In this document: in pieces, positions 49,560-60,259 of the stretch
How the letters are laid out: the number at the start of each line of letters is the position of its first letter
Position numbering within the stretch: position 1 is the first letter of the stretch
NCBI GenBank assembly: GCA_003693705.1
Contig: RBZT01000508.1
Location: 1-62,608 of the forward strand
Length of the DNA: 62,608 nt
Direction of reading: 5' to 3'
From: Polymyxa betae A26-41
Lineage: Eukaryota > Protista > Endomyxa: Phytomyxea
The notes under the pieces: model-generated
Database searches by the model: none
What the model saw: the letters and a program-made list of their open reading frames with translations, nothing else
What the model was told of the DNA's origin: nothing
Position numbers and translations under genes: made by a program

Positions 49560-52346
49560 ATGGGTGAAAAGGGATTGGTCGCGTGCCCAGTTCCAGTACA
49601 ACAGATCCAGCAGTTTCCTCCAATGGCGACATCAGCGGACAATGAAGGCTTCTTTGAAGGGACCAATCATCTGGAATTGATAGCAGTGTGCGTTCTAGTT
49701 GTCTCTGTTGCTCTTCACTCACTTCTACTCTACGTCCATAAAGTTAGTATAGTTTCATTGACGATGTTATGTGAGAACTTGTGCCATTGACAACTGCCCT
49801 AGATCACTCGAAGGCATCGCAATGTAGCACAAATGCTTGATCGAATGTTCCATGGTCGATATCTGGTTGCTGTTTGTTGGTCTTGCTGAATCCGAATCAG
49901 AGCTCATGATATTGGGTCTCATTAGCACGATCCTGTATTTCTGTGAAGCATCGAATCTGTTCTCTCACACTGAGCTTGAACGGATCCATCAAATTCATCT
50001 CACTGTAAATCATTACGAAATGCACATCGTGATGCGTTTAACGTTTGGTCAGCTATTCTTCACTGTGATTGGATGGGTATTTGCAAGTATCTTGCTATTG
50101 GCTACGAGTATCTAGTAAGTACCTCGCATTGTCAAGATATTATGTTTGATCATTTTCAGCATATCGTTCACTTGGAATAAATCAGAGCAGTCCATACCGC
50201 AGCAAAACAGACTACAGCAAGAACTCGATCAAATCAAAAGTGAGTTGGCTGAAACCAGGTTTTGGCTCCTTCCATTTCACTTGGCGAAATTGACCAGAAG
50301 GAACGAGGTTTGTACTACTTCATTGCCTTATCTACCTGCTATAACATATGATGTAGCTTGAGAATTTTGTCAACTACTCTGAGGTCCGCCAACAATTTAT
50401 CGATTCAAACCATTTGCCGAAAAATTACAATTTCGGATACTATCTCCGAAAGTGCAAACGGCATGTCTTTTTGACTTTGGGCGGGATTCACACATCTGCC
50501 TGGATTACGGTAACTGTTGATATTCGTAGAAATTAGGAGTGACTAATTGTATCTAGGTGGCATTTGTACTGTTGCTTGATATGATGTATCGAAATTATTT
50601 CGCATTACTGAGTAGCGTCCCGCAATTCGTGAAAGACTTTGAGTTCTATGCAAATGGAGCGCTGATGTTCGTGTCAAGCGTTGTCACAGCACTTTCACTG
50701 ATTGTTTTCTACAAATGTAAAAACATTCTAAAACATGTAAGAAACCGCCAAACCTGTAGTTGAATTAAGTTTTCCCCAGTTGCAAACATCCGAAATGATC
50801 AAATTCGATGCTCTAGCGAACAACTATATGATTCGGTCTAACTTTGATGATGCTCTGAACGACGATTTGGAGTTTGATGAAGACTCAGGTTAGTTCGCCC
50901 TGTTTACCGCTGTGAGAAAACTTCTTATATCTGTTGAAGGGCTCGCTGAAATGACAAGAAATGCTCGTGTTTACAGCCATGATAAATGGGTGCATGGAGA
51001 TGAGAACCGAAACGTTGTTCAAGGAGTTGCAATTGTTGTATCGGAATACAGATATGAATATCGACCCAACAAGCAGCAGGAACTGTATAGGCTTTGCAAC
51101 GAGCTGTGCTAAATTAGTGACATGTTGATTGTAGGTTCTGGTTCGGGTCTCACCTCGTCCTATTGCGTTTCATCCAGTCGATCTTGGCGATCATGATCAT
51201 CATATGCTCAATTATGGTAGCACACTACGTTGCAGGTGGAAACATCAGTTTCTGCATGATGACAACTGACAGCTTGCAATCAGGAGGAAAAGTGCTATAT
51301 AGTTGGACACCAGTCATTCTGACAATCATGTTCATATTGGTATTCGTGTCGATCGCCTCTGCAATTCCGCTTTATACAATAATTGTTCATGTTGGAGAGC
51401 TGGCAGTACGTTATTTCTAGCTTGCTATTTGGCATCTGTTCGAACGGTTTTTAGGATATCAAAACGGTTCGAGAAGCTGCCAGGAAAATTGAGCAACGCA
51501 GGCACACGGCCAGACAGGCGAAATTGACAGTTACTGCCCCGAAAGCAACCTGTAAGCTCCCAGTTTGTTTGCTACATATCACTAGGTCATGCGAATTTAC
51601 AAGTTGCCAATCGCATGGAAAGAATTCTGATCAGTTCATGGATGGAGTCCCTGATACAATGGCTAATCATTGCGAACCTTGTAGCAGTAGCCATACCCCT
51701 GGTGTTTTCAGAAAATCATTCTGTTCAAAATGCTGGTGATGTCATTACTTTGAGCATTACAGGTAGGCATCTAACCATTCGAGGTCTCTCGGTGCTAATC
51801 TCCCATGTGCTACTCAGTTTTCTTCCTCCTAGAAATTATTATCAGAGGAAGTATTTTGGGATTTTCGTATTTCTTTATTGATTGGTGGACCATTGTTGAT
51901 TGCGTCGTTGTGATTGTGTCGTTTTTGGCTGCGGTTATCCAGTTTTGGTATCCCATCGCCGATATAACGACCGTATTGCTGGGCATGCGTTTGCTTGAAA
52001 GTGGACGAGTCTGGAGGATAGGTCTGATGTCTTGATCACTTGTTAAGTGAGCTAACAATATGTTTCAGCCCGTAAAATCAAAAGGGCAAGGGCTGCGAAG
52101 CAATATCAACAGCAACATCACGATCCTTGGGATTACTCCAAAGATGATAACCCCATGCAACCTACCCAACCATCATACATTCCAGAAGATCATTCTGAAA
52201 AGTATTCATCCTCTGAAATTGATGAAGAGTATACTGATGCACCGAGAAGGGGTCAACGATCCTTAGTTAATGCATCAGAGGACGTCGGGTCAGTTGTTGT
52301 TAGTCTGAACCGAGGACAAGCATCTGAAATATTATCACAAATCTGA
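49560..52346 (+). CDS. MLO-family 7TM protein fused to a C-terminal Hv1-like voltage-sensor domain
   Basis: Spliced MLO motifs ELMILGLIS, IHQIH, VRQQFI...H...YNFGYYL, LFWFG...LLRFIQ and AIPLYTIIVHVG; then S1-S4 with FFLLE, WTIVD and RVWRIAR; all junctions are GT-AG and in frame. Confidence 0.75.
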
Positions 52347-52474
52347 GCTGATGCCACAATGCTTAGCCCTCGGCTCCTGCAGACTGCTTTCTGCTAGCAA
52401 ACTGTTCTATTTTAATGTTAATATATTCGTTGAACTTAATAACACATTTTCGTCGATTGAGGGAACAGTTTATT

Positions 52475-52903
52475 TTATTGAGAAGTTACAGCAGAACGAG
52501 GTGAAGAAAGTTGTGATAATCGGTGAGATGCGATTGTTGGGAAAGAAGTTGGGTTTGATGCGAACAGCACAGCATGGACGGAGCTTGTTAGCAGAACCGA
52601 GGCCAGAACGGCATATTCTGGAAGTACCATTTCTGCACGCGTCTCCAAAGTGGGTTTGATGTAGGTCCGAACGGGACCATGAAATGACGAAACCGAGTCC
52701 AGAACCGGTTCTGCTCTCGCTGGCGCTGAATTCATGATGAGAATATAACACATTGAGTGAATATGATGGCTTACATCCCTTCTAATTAGATTCTGTTGCA
52801 GCCCATGCAGAAGTCGTCTCGTTTGTCTGATAGATACCAATTGTTCTTGCCGACGTTGCCGACGACGTCGCCTTTGGTGTCTAATCTCACGTGAAGATTG
52901 CAT
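52475..52903 (-). CDS. Small hypothetical protein with an Arg-rich N-terminus
   Basis: ORF with RRRRRQRR; probable intron near 52730-52775. Confidence 0.35.
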   Translation of the reverse strand: MQSSREIRHQRRRRRQRRQEQLVSIRQTRRLLHGLQQNLIRRDVSHHIHSMCYILIMNSAPARAEPVLDSVSSFHGPVRTYIKPTLETRAEMVLPEYAVLASVLLTSSVHAVLFASNPTSFPTIASHRLSQLSSPRSAVTSQ

Positions 52904-53255
52904 TGAACCAGCTTAAAGATGATGGAAATCAGAACGCAACGACGAAGATGTTGAATCAAAGACGGAAAGCCTTTTACAGGTGTGAAGAAAGACGCCGAGA
53001 TTCAGATCTGCACACGAGCATTGGGACGGAAATCTTGCAACCGACTCCAAATGGCTAAATATCAAATGTCAATGCCTGCTTAAAACGTGTCATATAATTG
53101 TTAAGAAGTTGGGAGTTGGTTAGTGTGATCATGACACTCGGGATTAATCTCATCCTCGCACATCGAACTCCATTATAGCATCATTTCTGACCCTGAACTT
53201 CCGAACCAGACATCCAATCGCTATTTGATTACAGACTCTAATCTCGACCTGCACA

Positions 53256-53816
53256 ATGGCGATTCGTATATCGACCGTGGCCATGGTTGTCTTCCTGGCC
53301 TTAGCTGTGGGATTCTGTGCAGGCGGCAGGAAGTTCAAGACCTACTATGAGGTTCTAAACATCACGAGATCGGCGTCGACCAGGGATGTCAAGCTGGCGT
53401 ACTACAAAGTCTCGCGAATCAATCATCCAGATCGAAACAATAAGAGTAATGCTGATCGACGAATGGCTGAGGTGAATCGGGCCTATGAAGTCTTAAAGAA
53501 TGTTAACCAGAGAGCTGCCTACGATCTGTATTTGACCATGAATGGAAATGCTCACCATCCTGATTGGGATAAGAATGGAAGTTTCTCACAATGGCAGACC
53601 TTGATGAATATGTTGTATCTCAGCGATTATCATTGGTTCTGGCAGATCACCATCGTTCTGCTGCTGCTAGGAGTCGGATCCGCTCTTCTGGGCGCCGTTC
53701 TCACTCTAATCACACCCATTATGAAATTTGCCAGTTCTTGGACGTTCTGGATCATGCTTGGCATTTCCCTGTTTAACCAGGGATCGACATGGATGTATGG
53801 CGGCAAGAAGAAATAA
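53256..53816 (+). CDS. ER-type DnaJ protein (signal peptide, J domain, C-terminal TM segments)
   Basis: YYEVL, HPD, EVNRAYEVL and RAAYD; N-terminal hydrophobic signal. Confidence 0.9.
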   Translation: MAIRISTVAMVVFLALAVGFCAGGRKFKTYYEVLNITRSASTRDVKLAYYKVSRINHPDRNNKSNADRRMAEVNRAYEVLKNVNQRAAYDLYLTMNGNAHHPDWDKNGSFSQWQTLMNMLYLSDYHWFWQITIVLLLLGVGSALLGAVLTLITPIMKFASSWTFWIMLGISLFNQGSTWMYGGKKK

Positions 53817-54045
53817 TAAACTCAACCCAGATGAATTAGATGCTTACAACAATTCACAATTAACTTGGTGAAAATTCGGAAAGTTTTTGTTGGGAGGTTG
53901 CACTGACAGGCAGTCAGTGGAGCGCAGCCCGTGTCTTCACTGGACATGTATCGTTGATATACACAAGGAGGATCCAGTTCGTTCTATGATATCACATCTG
54001 TAAGAGCACAGCTGCCTGAATCTATCATTTTCCTGCTCTGTCGCA

Positions 54046-56012
54046 ATGTCGACGTCGGCGTTGGCTCAGAGGACCCAAGAGAAGCTCATGGAGCGTATCA
54101 AGGCCCTCCGAAAACTCAAGGAAAATCGCAAGTGTTTCGAATGCTTGTCGAAGGTTCGGGCCCTGGCTGTTGAATCGGGCTCGGGATCTCATATGAAAAT
54201 TTTTTCAGAGCCCGTCGTGTGTAGATACGACACATAATACATTTGTTTGTATGACATGTGGTGGGATACTGAGGATGTTCAATTTCCGAGTGAAATCCAT
54301 CTCCATCTCGAGCTTTGCAGTTAGCGAAGTCGAAGCTCTAGAATCTGGGGGCAATAAAGTCGCTCGGAAAAAGTGGCTGGCTGGGTTCGATGGCGAGCAC
54401 CCGCCTTCGGGCAATACTGAACAAATCAAAGAGTTCATTCGTAAGAAATACGAAGAGAACGCCTGGGTGAACAGGTCGGGCAAAACCAAGAGAAAGAGCA
54501 GCAATAAGCCTGAACCTGAACCTTCTGAGCAAGATCAAACTGATGATGATGAAAATTCAGAGGTGATTTCCTGTTTCTTAACAGCTGACTTCCAATTCTG
54601 ATAATGTATTACAGGCTGCTCCAACTGCTCCGGTTGAACGAAGAAAGTCTGGCAGTAACCGACCCCAGACAAAGACACAGTCGGCAGCGCCGCCTGATCT
54701 TCTCGATCTTAATGCTATCTTCTCCTCCCAATCGGCTTCTACGGCACAGGCTCCGAATTTCGGCAGTTCGTTTCCATCACAGCCGAACATGCAGGAAGCC
54801 CAACATGCACAGCCTTTCTCTTCTCAGACGCGCTCTGATTGGGGTGGATTCACCAATCCCATGTTCCAAAATTCGTATAATCAGGCGCCGCAACAGATAG
54901 CCCAGCAACCCCCACAACAACTCGGACAATCGTTCCCGATGGATTCGTTTTTTGGTGCGGCACCTTCGGGCGGCGCCAACCAATATTCGAATGCAATGCC
55001 GCAGGCTGGATATCATCCGAATTCTTCTCCATTCGGAATGACTCCATCACAGCAGCCACAATCAACCCAAATGTCGCATTTTCAGGCAATGGGCCAGAAT
55101 ATGCCCATGCAGCAGCCGCAACAGCAGCAGGCTGATTCGAATATGTCCCGAATACCATTTCCGCAACAAATGGCTGGAGCGAATGGGTTTTCTCCCGCTC
55201 AATCGCAGCCAAAACTGCAGTCGCCATTTGTCCCTTCTGCTCAATCGAATTCCGACCCATTCGCCGATCTTTTGGCTACACAAACGATGGCACCGAATAT
55301 GTCCTCTCTACCATCCAATCGTGGCTCTGTTACTGGTGACGATCTCTTTGGAAACAGCAATCCGCCATACAATTCGCAACATCCGCCCCAACGAAACTCG
55401 TTAACGTCAGGGATCACATTCGGAAATGCAAACGTGGCATTGGGTGGGCAGCAGCAGCCTAAACGTAACTCCATTCCTTCAGATATTGTATTTGGTAATG
55501 CAAGTTTGGAGTTCGGGTCTCCTGATTCGTTTGATGCATCGAATCCGTTTGGGCCACCACCGCCTGTAAATTCAGCACCTGTACAGATGGGGTTCTATCA
55601 CAACCAGTCGCCCAATGTGAATTTCGGGATGGATCCACCCCCGGCCAACAACAGGGCGTATGCCCAACCTGCTGCAAATATGTCTCCATCCCCTTTTTAT
55701 TCGCAACCAGCATCGTCAGTCAATCAGCCCATCATGGCGAGTACGCAGCATTACTCGCAACCGATTCCGATGCACCAGCAGCAGCAGCAGCAGCAGCAGC
55801 CACAATTTGGGCAAGCGCAGGGATTCCCACAGGCGTTCGCTCCAAGGCCAATAGAACAATTTCCATTTAATAACATGCCTGCTCAACCTAATGTTCCGTC
55901 TTACAACATGCAGCAGGTGCCTACTACGAATACGGCCGTTCCAGATTTCTTCAGTAAGCAGCGACCTGTAGACTCTCTGGATACCGACCTAAATTCTAAT
56001 CCGTTCTTGTGA
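54046..56012 (+). CDS. ArfGAP domain protein, AGFG/Hrb-like, with a Q/P-rich tail and NPF/DPF motifs
   Basis: ENRKCFEC...FVCMTCGG, RVKSIS, GGN, FIRKKYE; DPF, NPF and terminal NPFL. Confidence 0.85.
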
Positions 56013-56141
56013 TACATAAATATTGTTCAATATTCGCTAATTGTATACTGTAGGTCAATACAATGCTCTTCATGATTATGGATATCACAGTTCAGGTAAT
56101 GGTTTATTCCCATCCATCAGTTAACAAGCCTTAAAAGAAGA

Positions 56142-56774
56142 TTATCCCACCGATTGATCAATTGATAACACATCTTCTGATACCTTTGGTGACGATTGCT
56201 CGACCCGGATGATCTTCCCGGCCTGTTCTGTCCCATTCAGGGCCCGAATCGCTTTGTTCATACTGGGCTCCGACCCGAACGTCACGAACCCGAACCCTCG
56301 CGACTGTCCCGACGAGTGATCGGTTATGATGCGAGCGTGCAGGACATTGGCGAACGGCTCGAACCAGGACGCCAACGTCGATGCCGATATGCAGCAATCG
56401 AGGTTGCCGACGAACACATCATATTCGTTGTGACCAAATCTGGGCCAGATGCTCACATACTTGGTGACGGGTGGCTTCCGTATCATGAAATCGCCATTCT
56501 CGGGACCTTTGTCGGGGCGCGGCTTGTTCATGTGTTCATCGTCGAGTGCGGGTGATGATGATGGGTGTGGCAATACCGGATCTGGAACACGATGTATACT
56601 GCGAGGACGTTTAATTACCTTTCTTGAGCTGGACCTAGACAGGGCGTTCTCCCAGAGTTGTTGATCAGCATCGGGTAGAGTGCATAACGGTCCAAGATTC
56701 TGTACCAAATTGTTGCCGTCATTTTTGTCGCTCATGAGATTCCGGTCGGTTAACAATCTCGCCGATTGCCACAA
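56142..56774 (-). CDS. RRM RNA-binding protein
   Basis: RNP2 VFVGNL and RNP1 RGFGFVTF; the start may be the ATG at ~56735. Confidence 0.85.
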   Translation of the reverse strand: MWQSARLLTDRNLMSDKNDGNNLVQNLGPLCTLPDADQQLWENALSRSSSRKVIKRPRSIHRVPDPVLPHPSSSPALDDEHMNKPRPDKGPENGDFMIRKPPVTKYVSIWPRFGHNEYDVFVGNLDCCISASTLASWFEPFANVLHARIITDHSSGQSRGFGFVTFGSEPSMNKAIRALNGTEQAGKIIRVEQSSPKVSEDVLSIDQSVG

Positions 56775-57105
56775 TGATCATGGTTGAGGTTCATGTCGTT
56801 TTACCCATTCAGCCACAGCTTCGGATCGGCGATTCAGTCGGAGCATTGACGGGTTCCGACTCCGTTCATCGCTGTTGATGCTCGTAGTGGACGATTTACA
56901 TGATCGGTTCAGGTATGTTTTAGTCTTCATGATTATGTCTGTTATCACCATTACTACATAGCCGGTCTTTCAAAATCTGATCAATCATTGTATAGCCAAC
57001 GTTTTATGGAAAGCGCTGGGCAATCTGGCCCGTTTTATGATAAAGGCCGTTTTAGGCTAATTTGTTGAATAAAGGTTGACCGATTGCGATTCATAATGAC
57101 GATTA

Positions 57106-57879
57106 ATGCTGAGCTTCGTAGGCAATAATCCGGTCGCATTCCATGGGTCGTTCTTCTTCCCATCCCGATACATTGTGGCTGTTGTGACCTTTCTGATTAT
57201 GGCTGCATTACAGATGACATTCATTATCATTATCTGTACAGCAGTTGGGATATGGTCTATAATCATATGCAGCGTCTTCCTTGCTCTTGCCTCTTTAACA
57301 TTCATCATGTCATCGTGCTGTGATCCAGGAATAGTACAACGTCGTACACAGCAGATCGACCTGGCCAGCACATCATTCCTCAAATTCTGTGCGGTCTGTC
57401 AGATCTGGCGTCCGCCTCGATGTAAACATTGTCGTCAATGTGACAATTGCGTCGAGGATTTCGATCATCATTGTTTCTATCTGGGCAATTGTATCGGGCG
57501 ACGAAACCGTCGTTGTTTCGTCCTGTTTCTGCTTCTGACCGCCTTGATGCTGTTCCTAAATACGATAACAGGCGCCATATACGAAGCGTTCACATATTTT
57601 TTACTTTTAGATATAGAACCGATGAAACCGAGTATTGGGGACATATTCTATCGACATCGATCAGGTGCAGCATTGGTTATAGTTGCCGCCATCTTCTGGA
57701 TTATACTCTCATATCTGTTGATCTGGAATCTGATTGTAATTGGTAGAGGTCAGACCATGGTTGAATATATTAAAGGTACATACAGGACTACGCCCAATCC
57801 CTATGATCGTGGTCTCATTCAAAACTTTTGGCTCTTCTTTACCGATCCAATCCCAGAGAGTCAAGTCTACAACACATAA
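57106..57879 (+). CDS. DHHC palmitoyltransferase (Erf2/ZDHHC9-like)
   Basis: DPG, KFCAVCQIWRPPRCKHCRQCDNCVEDFDHHC, GNCIGRRN, T..E and NPYDRG. Confidence 0.92.
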   Translation: MLSFVGNNPVAFHGSFFFPSRYIVAVVTFLIMAALQMTFIIIICTAVGIWSIIICSVFLALASLTFIMSSCCDPGIVQRRTQQIDLASTSFLKFCAVCQIWRPPRCKHCRQCDNCVEDFDHHCFYLGNCIGRRNRRCFVLFLLLTALMLFLNTITGAIYEAFTYFLLLDIEPMKPSIGDIFYRHRSGAALVIVAAIFWIILSYLLIWNLIVIGRGQTMVEYIKGTYRTTPNPYDRGLIQNFWLFFTDPIPESQVYNT

Positions 57880-58016
57880 ACCGACCAATGATTATTATCA
57901 CAAAAATATCTCTTCTAATTGATAGCAAGCAGAAAATGTGGAAGTTTGGAATGGGTTGAGTCCGACTTCCTTCAAATATTATGGATCGGCCAATACAATA
58001 GATAATTACCGACCTC

Positions 58017-58772
58017 ATGATGCTATTCGCCGGTAATAACGCTCTGCTTTGGGGCGGCCGTCTCGTCGTACCGGCCCAGGTCGCCTGGACCGTTCTGTAC
58101 ATCAATTTCCTGATCATTCTGCAATCATGTTTCAGTCTGGCATTGTATGAACGTGTTGGGATGTGGATATGGCTGGCGACCATCCCCCAGCTATGTCTCA
58201 CCGCCATCTACTATCTTCGGGCAGCCTTCACCGATCCCGGCATACTGGCCCGGTTCCTGGTCGCCAATCGTACTGTTCCGGCCCGGTCGCAGCGGTCCCT
58301 ATATCAGCATTGCGACCGATGTCAGATCTGGATTGAACCACAAGTTCGAGCTCGTCATTGCGATATCTGTGATAATTGTATCTCTAATCATAATCATCAT
58401 TCTAATACTCTTGGAATATGTATTGGACACAGAAACTTACCACTTTACGTCTTATTTCTCATATGGGGTAATGTTCTGGTCCTTTCAGATGCCAGCGTAC
58501 TGGCCCTGGCCGTTTATGTCGATCGTGTGTTCTGGACTGAGACGCCCGGTATTGGTCAGCTGTTAATGTTGTCCATATTTGCTATGCCGATGTTGATTAT
58601 TATATGGATGGTGCCGTTATATTCAATCTGTAAGATGATCGCTAAAGGTAGACCAGGATGTAGACCTGATAATCATAGTTGTGGGTTTATATATAATTTT
58701 ATGAATGTATTTTATGAAGAGATTCCTGTTAGCCAGATCAGAGTTGATGCAATACAATCTATACCCAGATAG
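58017..58772 (+). CDS. DHHC-family paralog with a degenerate active site (NHHS)
   Basis: DPG, CDRCQIW...RARHCDICDNCISNHNHHS..LGICIGHRN; N-terminus similar to the upstream gene. Confidence 0.8.
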   Translation: MMLFAGNNALLWGGRLVVPAQVAWTVLYINFLIILQSCFSLALYERVGMWIWLATIPQLCLTAIYYLRAAFTDPGILARFLVANRTVPARSQRSLYQHCDRCQIWIEPQVRARHCDICDNCISNHNHHSNTLGICIGHRNLPLYVLFLIWGNVLVLSDASVLALAVYVDRVFWTETPGIGQLLMLSIFAMPMLIIIWMVPLYSICKMIAKGRPGCRPDNHSCGFIYNFMNVFYEEIPVSQIRVDAIQSIPR

Positions 58773-59053
58773 ATCATGGCTTTTAATATGACCTCTCATG
58801 ATATAATTCAATCAAGCAGTACGATAAAATGGATCGTCATTGTCAATATCATGATCTCGCAGCAATGTTTTAATAATGGGGTGCTCGTAACAATGTGAGC
58901 AAATGTCCAGATCATAAATACATAAGTTTATTCAGCGATGATTTGCCCATCGTGTAACCTTCAAAAGCTTAATGCCTTTCACAGTGCTCATCGATGTCAT
59001 GGATATGGTCGTCCAGAAATGTGCACAGCATAGGCAAATAGCAGAGAGATAAA

Positions 59054-59531
59054 TCAAGAGGAGAGGTCATGAACGAGGGATTGGTCGATGTAGGGTAGAC
59101 TGCAAGATAATTGATGAAATGATACAGGAGACTTGATATCATCATAATCAGGCCAATGAATAGGTTCTGATTCCAATACAATATCTTTAATCCAATAAGG
59201 ATCATTTGTATGAGATCTGGGCTGCCAGACTACTCCAACTGCAGGGAGAGACAAGTACTGCAGACTTGTCAGATATGGTCTGACATCCCAGATCTTCTTG
59301 ATCGTCGGCCAGGAACTCGCTTGTGATAGATTCATCGCATGAACATTTGGGCTGGGATTGGGCCAGGCTTCGGCGTAAGAGCTCGTTCTCTTCTTCTAGG
59401 GCTGTGATTCGTTGTTGAAGAAACAGGAACATCTCCCGCTTCCGGATCCGTGACCGCAGAGCCGCTTCCTTGTTGCTACGCTTACGTCGCTCCAACGGCG
59501 AAGATGATAATGTCAGCCCACTCGCTACCAT
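59054..59531 (-). CDS. bZIP transcription factor, HAC1/XBP1/bZIP60-like (109 aa unspliced, stop at 59202; 152 aa spliced, stop at 59054)
   Basis: Basic region RRKRSNKEAALRSRIRK with a leucine zipper; KSAVL at the IRE1-type splice site; twin CTGCAG hairpins. Confidence 0.8.
59213..59295 (-). other. IRE1-type bifurcated stem-loop with a predicted 19-nt non-spliceosomal intron (59242-59260)
   Basis: Hairpin gacaagu[CUGCAGU]acuuguc; hairpin cucc[CUGCAGUU]ggag; basal stem agaucugggaugucagac / gucuggcagcccagaucu (17/18 paired). Confidence 0.8.
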
Positions 59532-59646
59532 CAATTCACGACGGCGATACAGATTAATGAAGATTAATGAGAAGACGAGAGAAAGGCCACTCCGTAAGAA
59601 AACTGCGTAATAATATCATTCTGATTAGGGTTTGGAAATTGTTCTA

Positions 59647-59656
59647 TGACACGTCA
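59647..59656. promoter_or_regulatory. TGACACGTCA, a Hac1/UPRE-like element upstream of the bZIP gene
   Basis: ~115 bp upstream of the bZIP ATG; contains GACACGT. Confidence 0.35.
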
Positions 59657-60259
59657 GCAATCAGATCTCTCATTTATGCTATGAAAGTGCAGACTTCCAT
59701 TTACACAATGATGGGTTGTATTAATGGTCCAGTAAAGACTCTTTACAGTTATGTTGATCAGCTGCCAGCAATATCGGTATAGGGTTTATATCAACAACCT
59801 TCAAACAGGGCTGTCGATGATAGATAGGGCTCGCAGATAAGCGTTTGTGTTCTATCAATCAATAGGTCTCTGTTTGTCTTACAGATTTCCGTGCCTCTAT
59901 TAAAATGGGCAACATATTAAATAATGTGACTTGTCGATGGTATTAGGTAGCTTCAAACATGGATGTTGGAGATCGGAATTCTTTCATCTGTTTCAACCCG
60001 ACTACGCTTATGATTTTGAATTTCGGAATGAAAACATGTTCTGAGATCAATGTGTGATTGATTAGTGATTAATCAGAGCGGATATTAAAGGTCTATTTGG
60101 TGTTGTTGTGTTCTTGGAAGATTCTAGTCTTAGGGGGGCGGAGGTTGCGCAATCTTCCGTCTCTCCGCCACCTTCACGTTATTAGTCTGTCTCTCTCTAT
60201 TACATCCATATTAGATATTGAACTTGATACTTGAATATCAACACAGAACTGATAGAGTC

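Noticed and set aside
60110-60128. Heat-shock element upstream of p23 (TTCttgGAAgaTTC)
   Set aside because: The spacing of the first unit is off, so the match is too imperfect to call.
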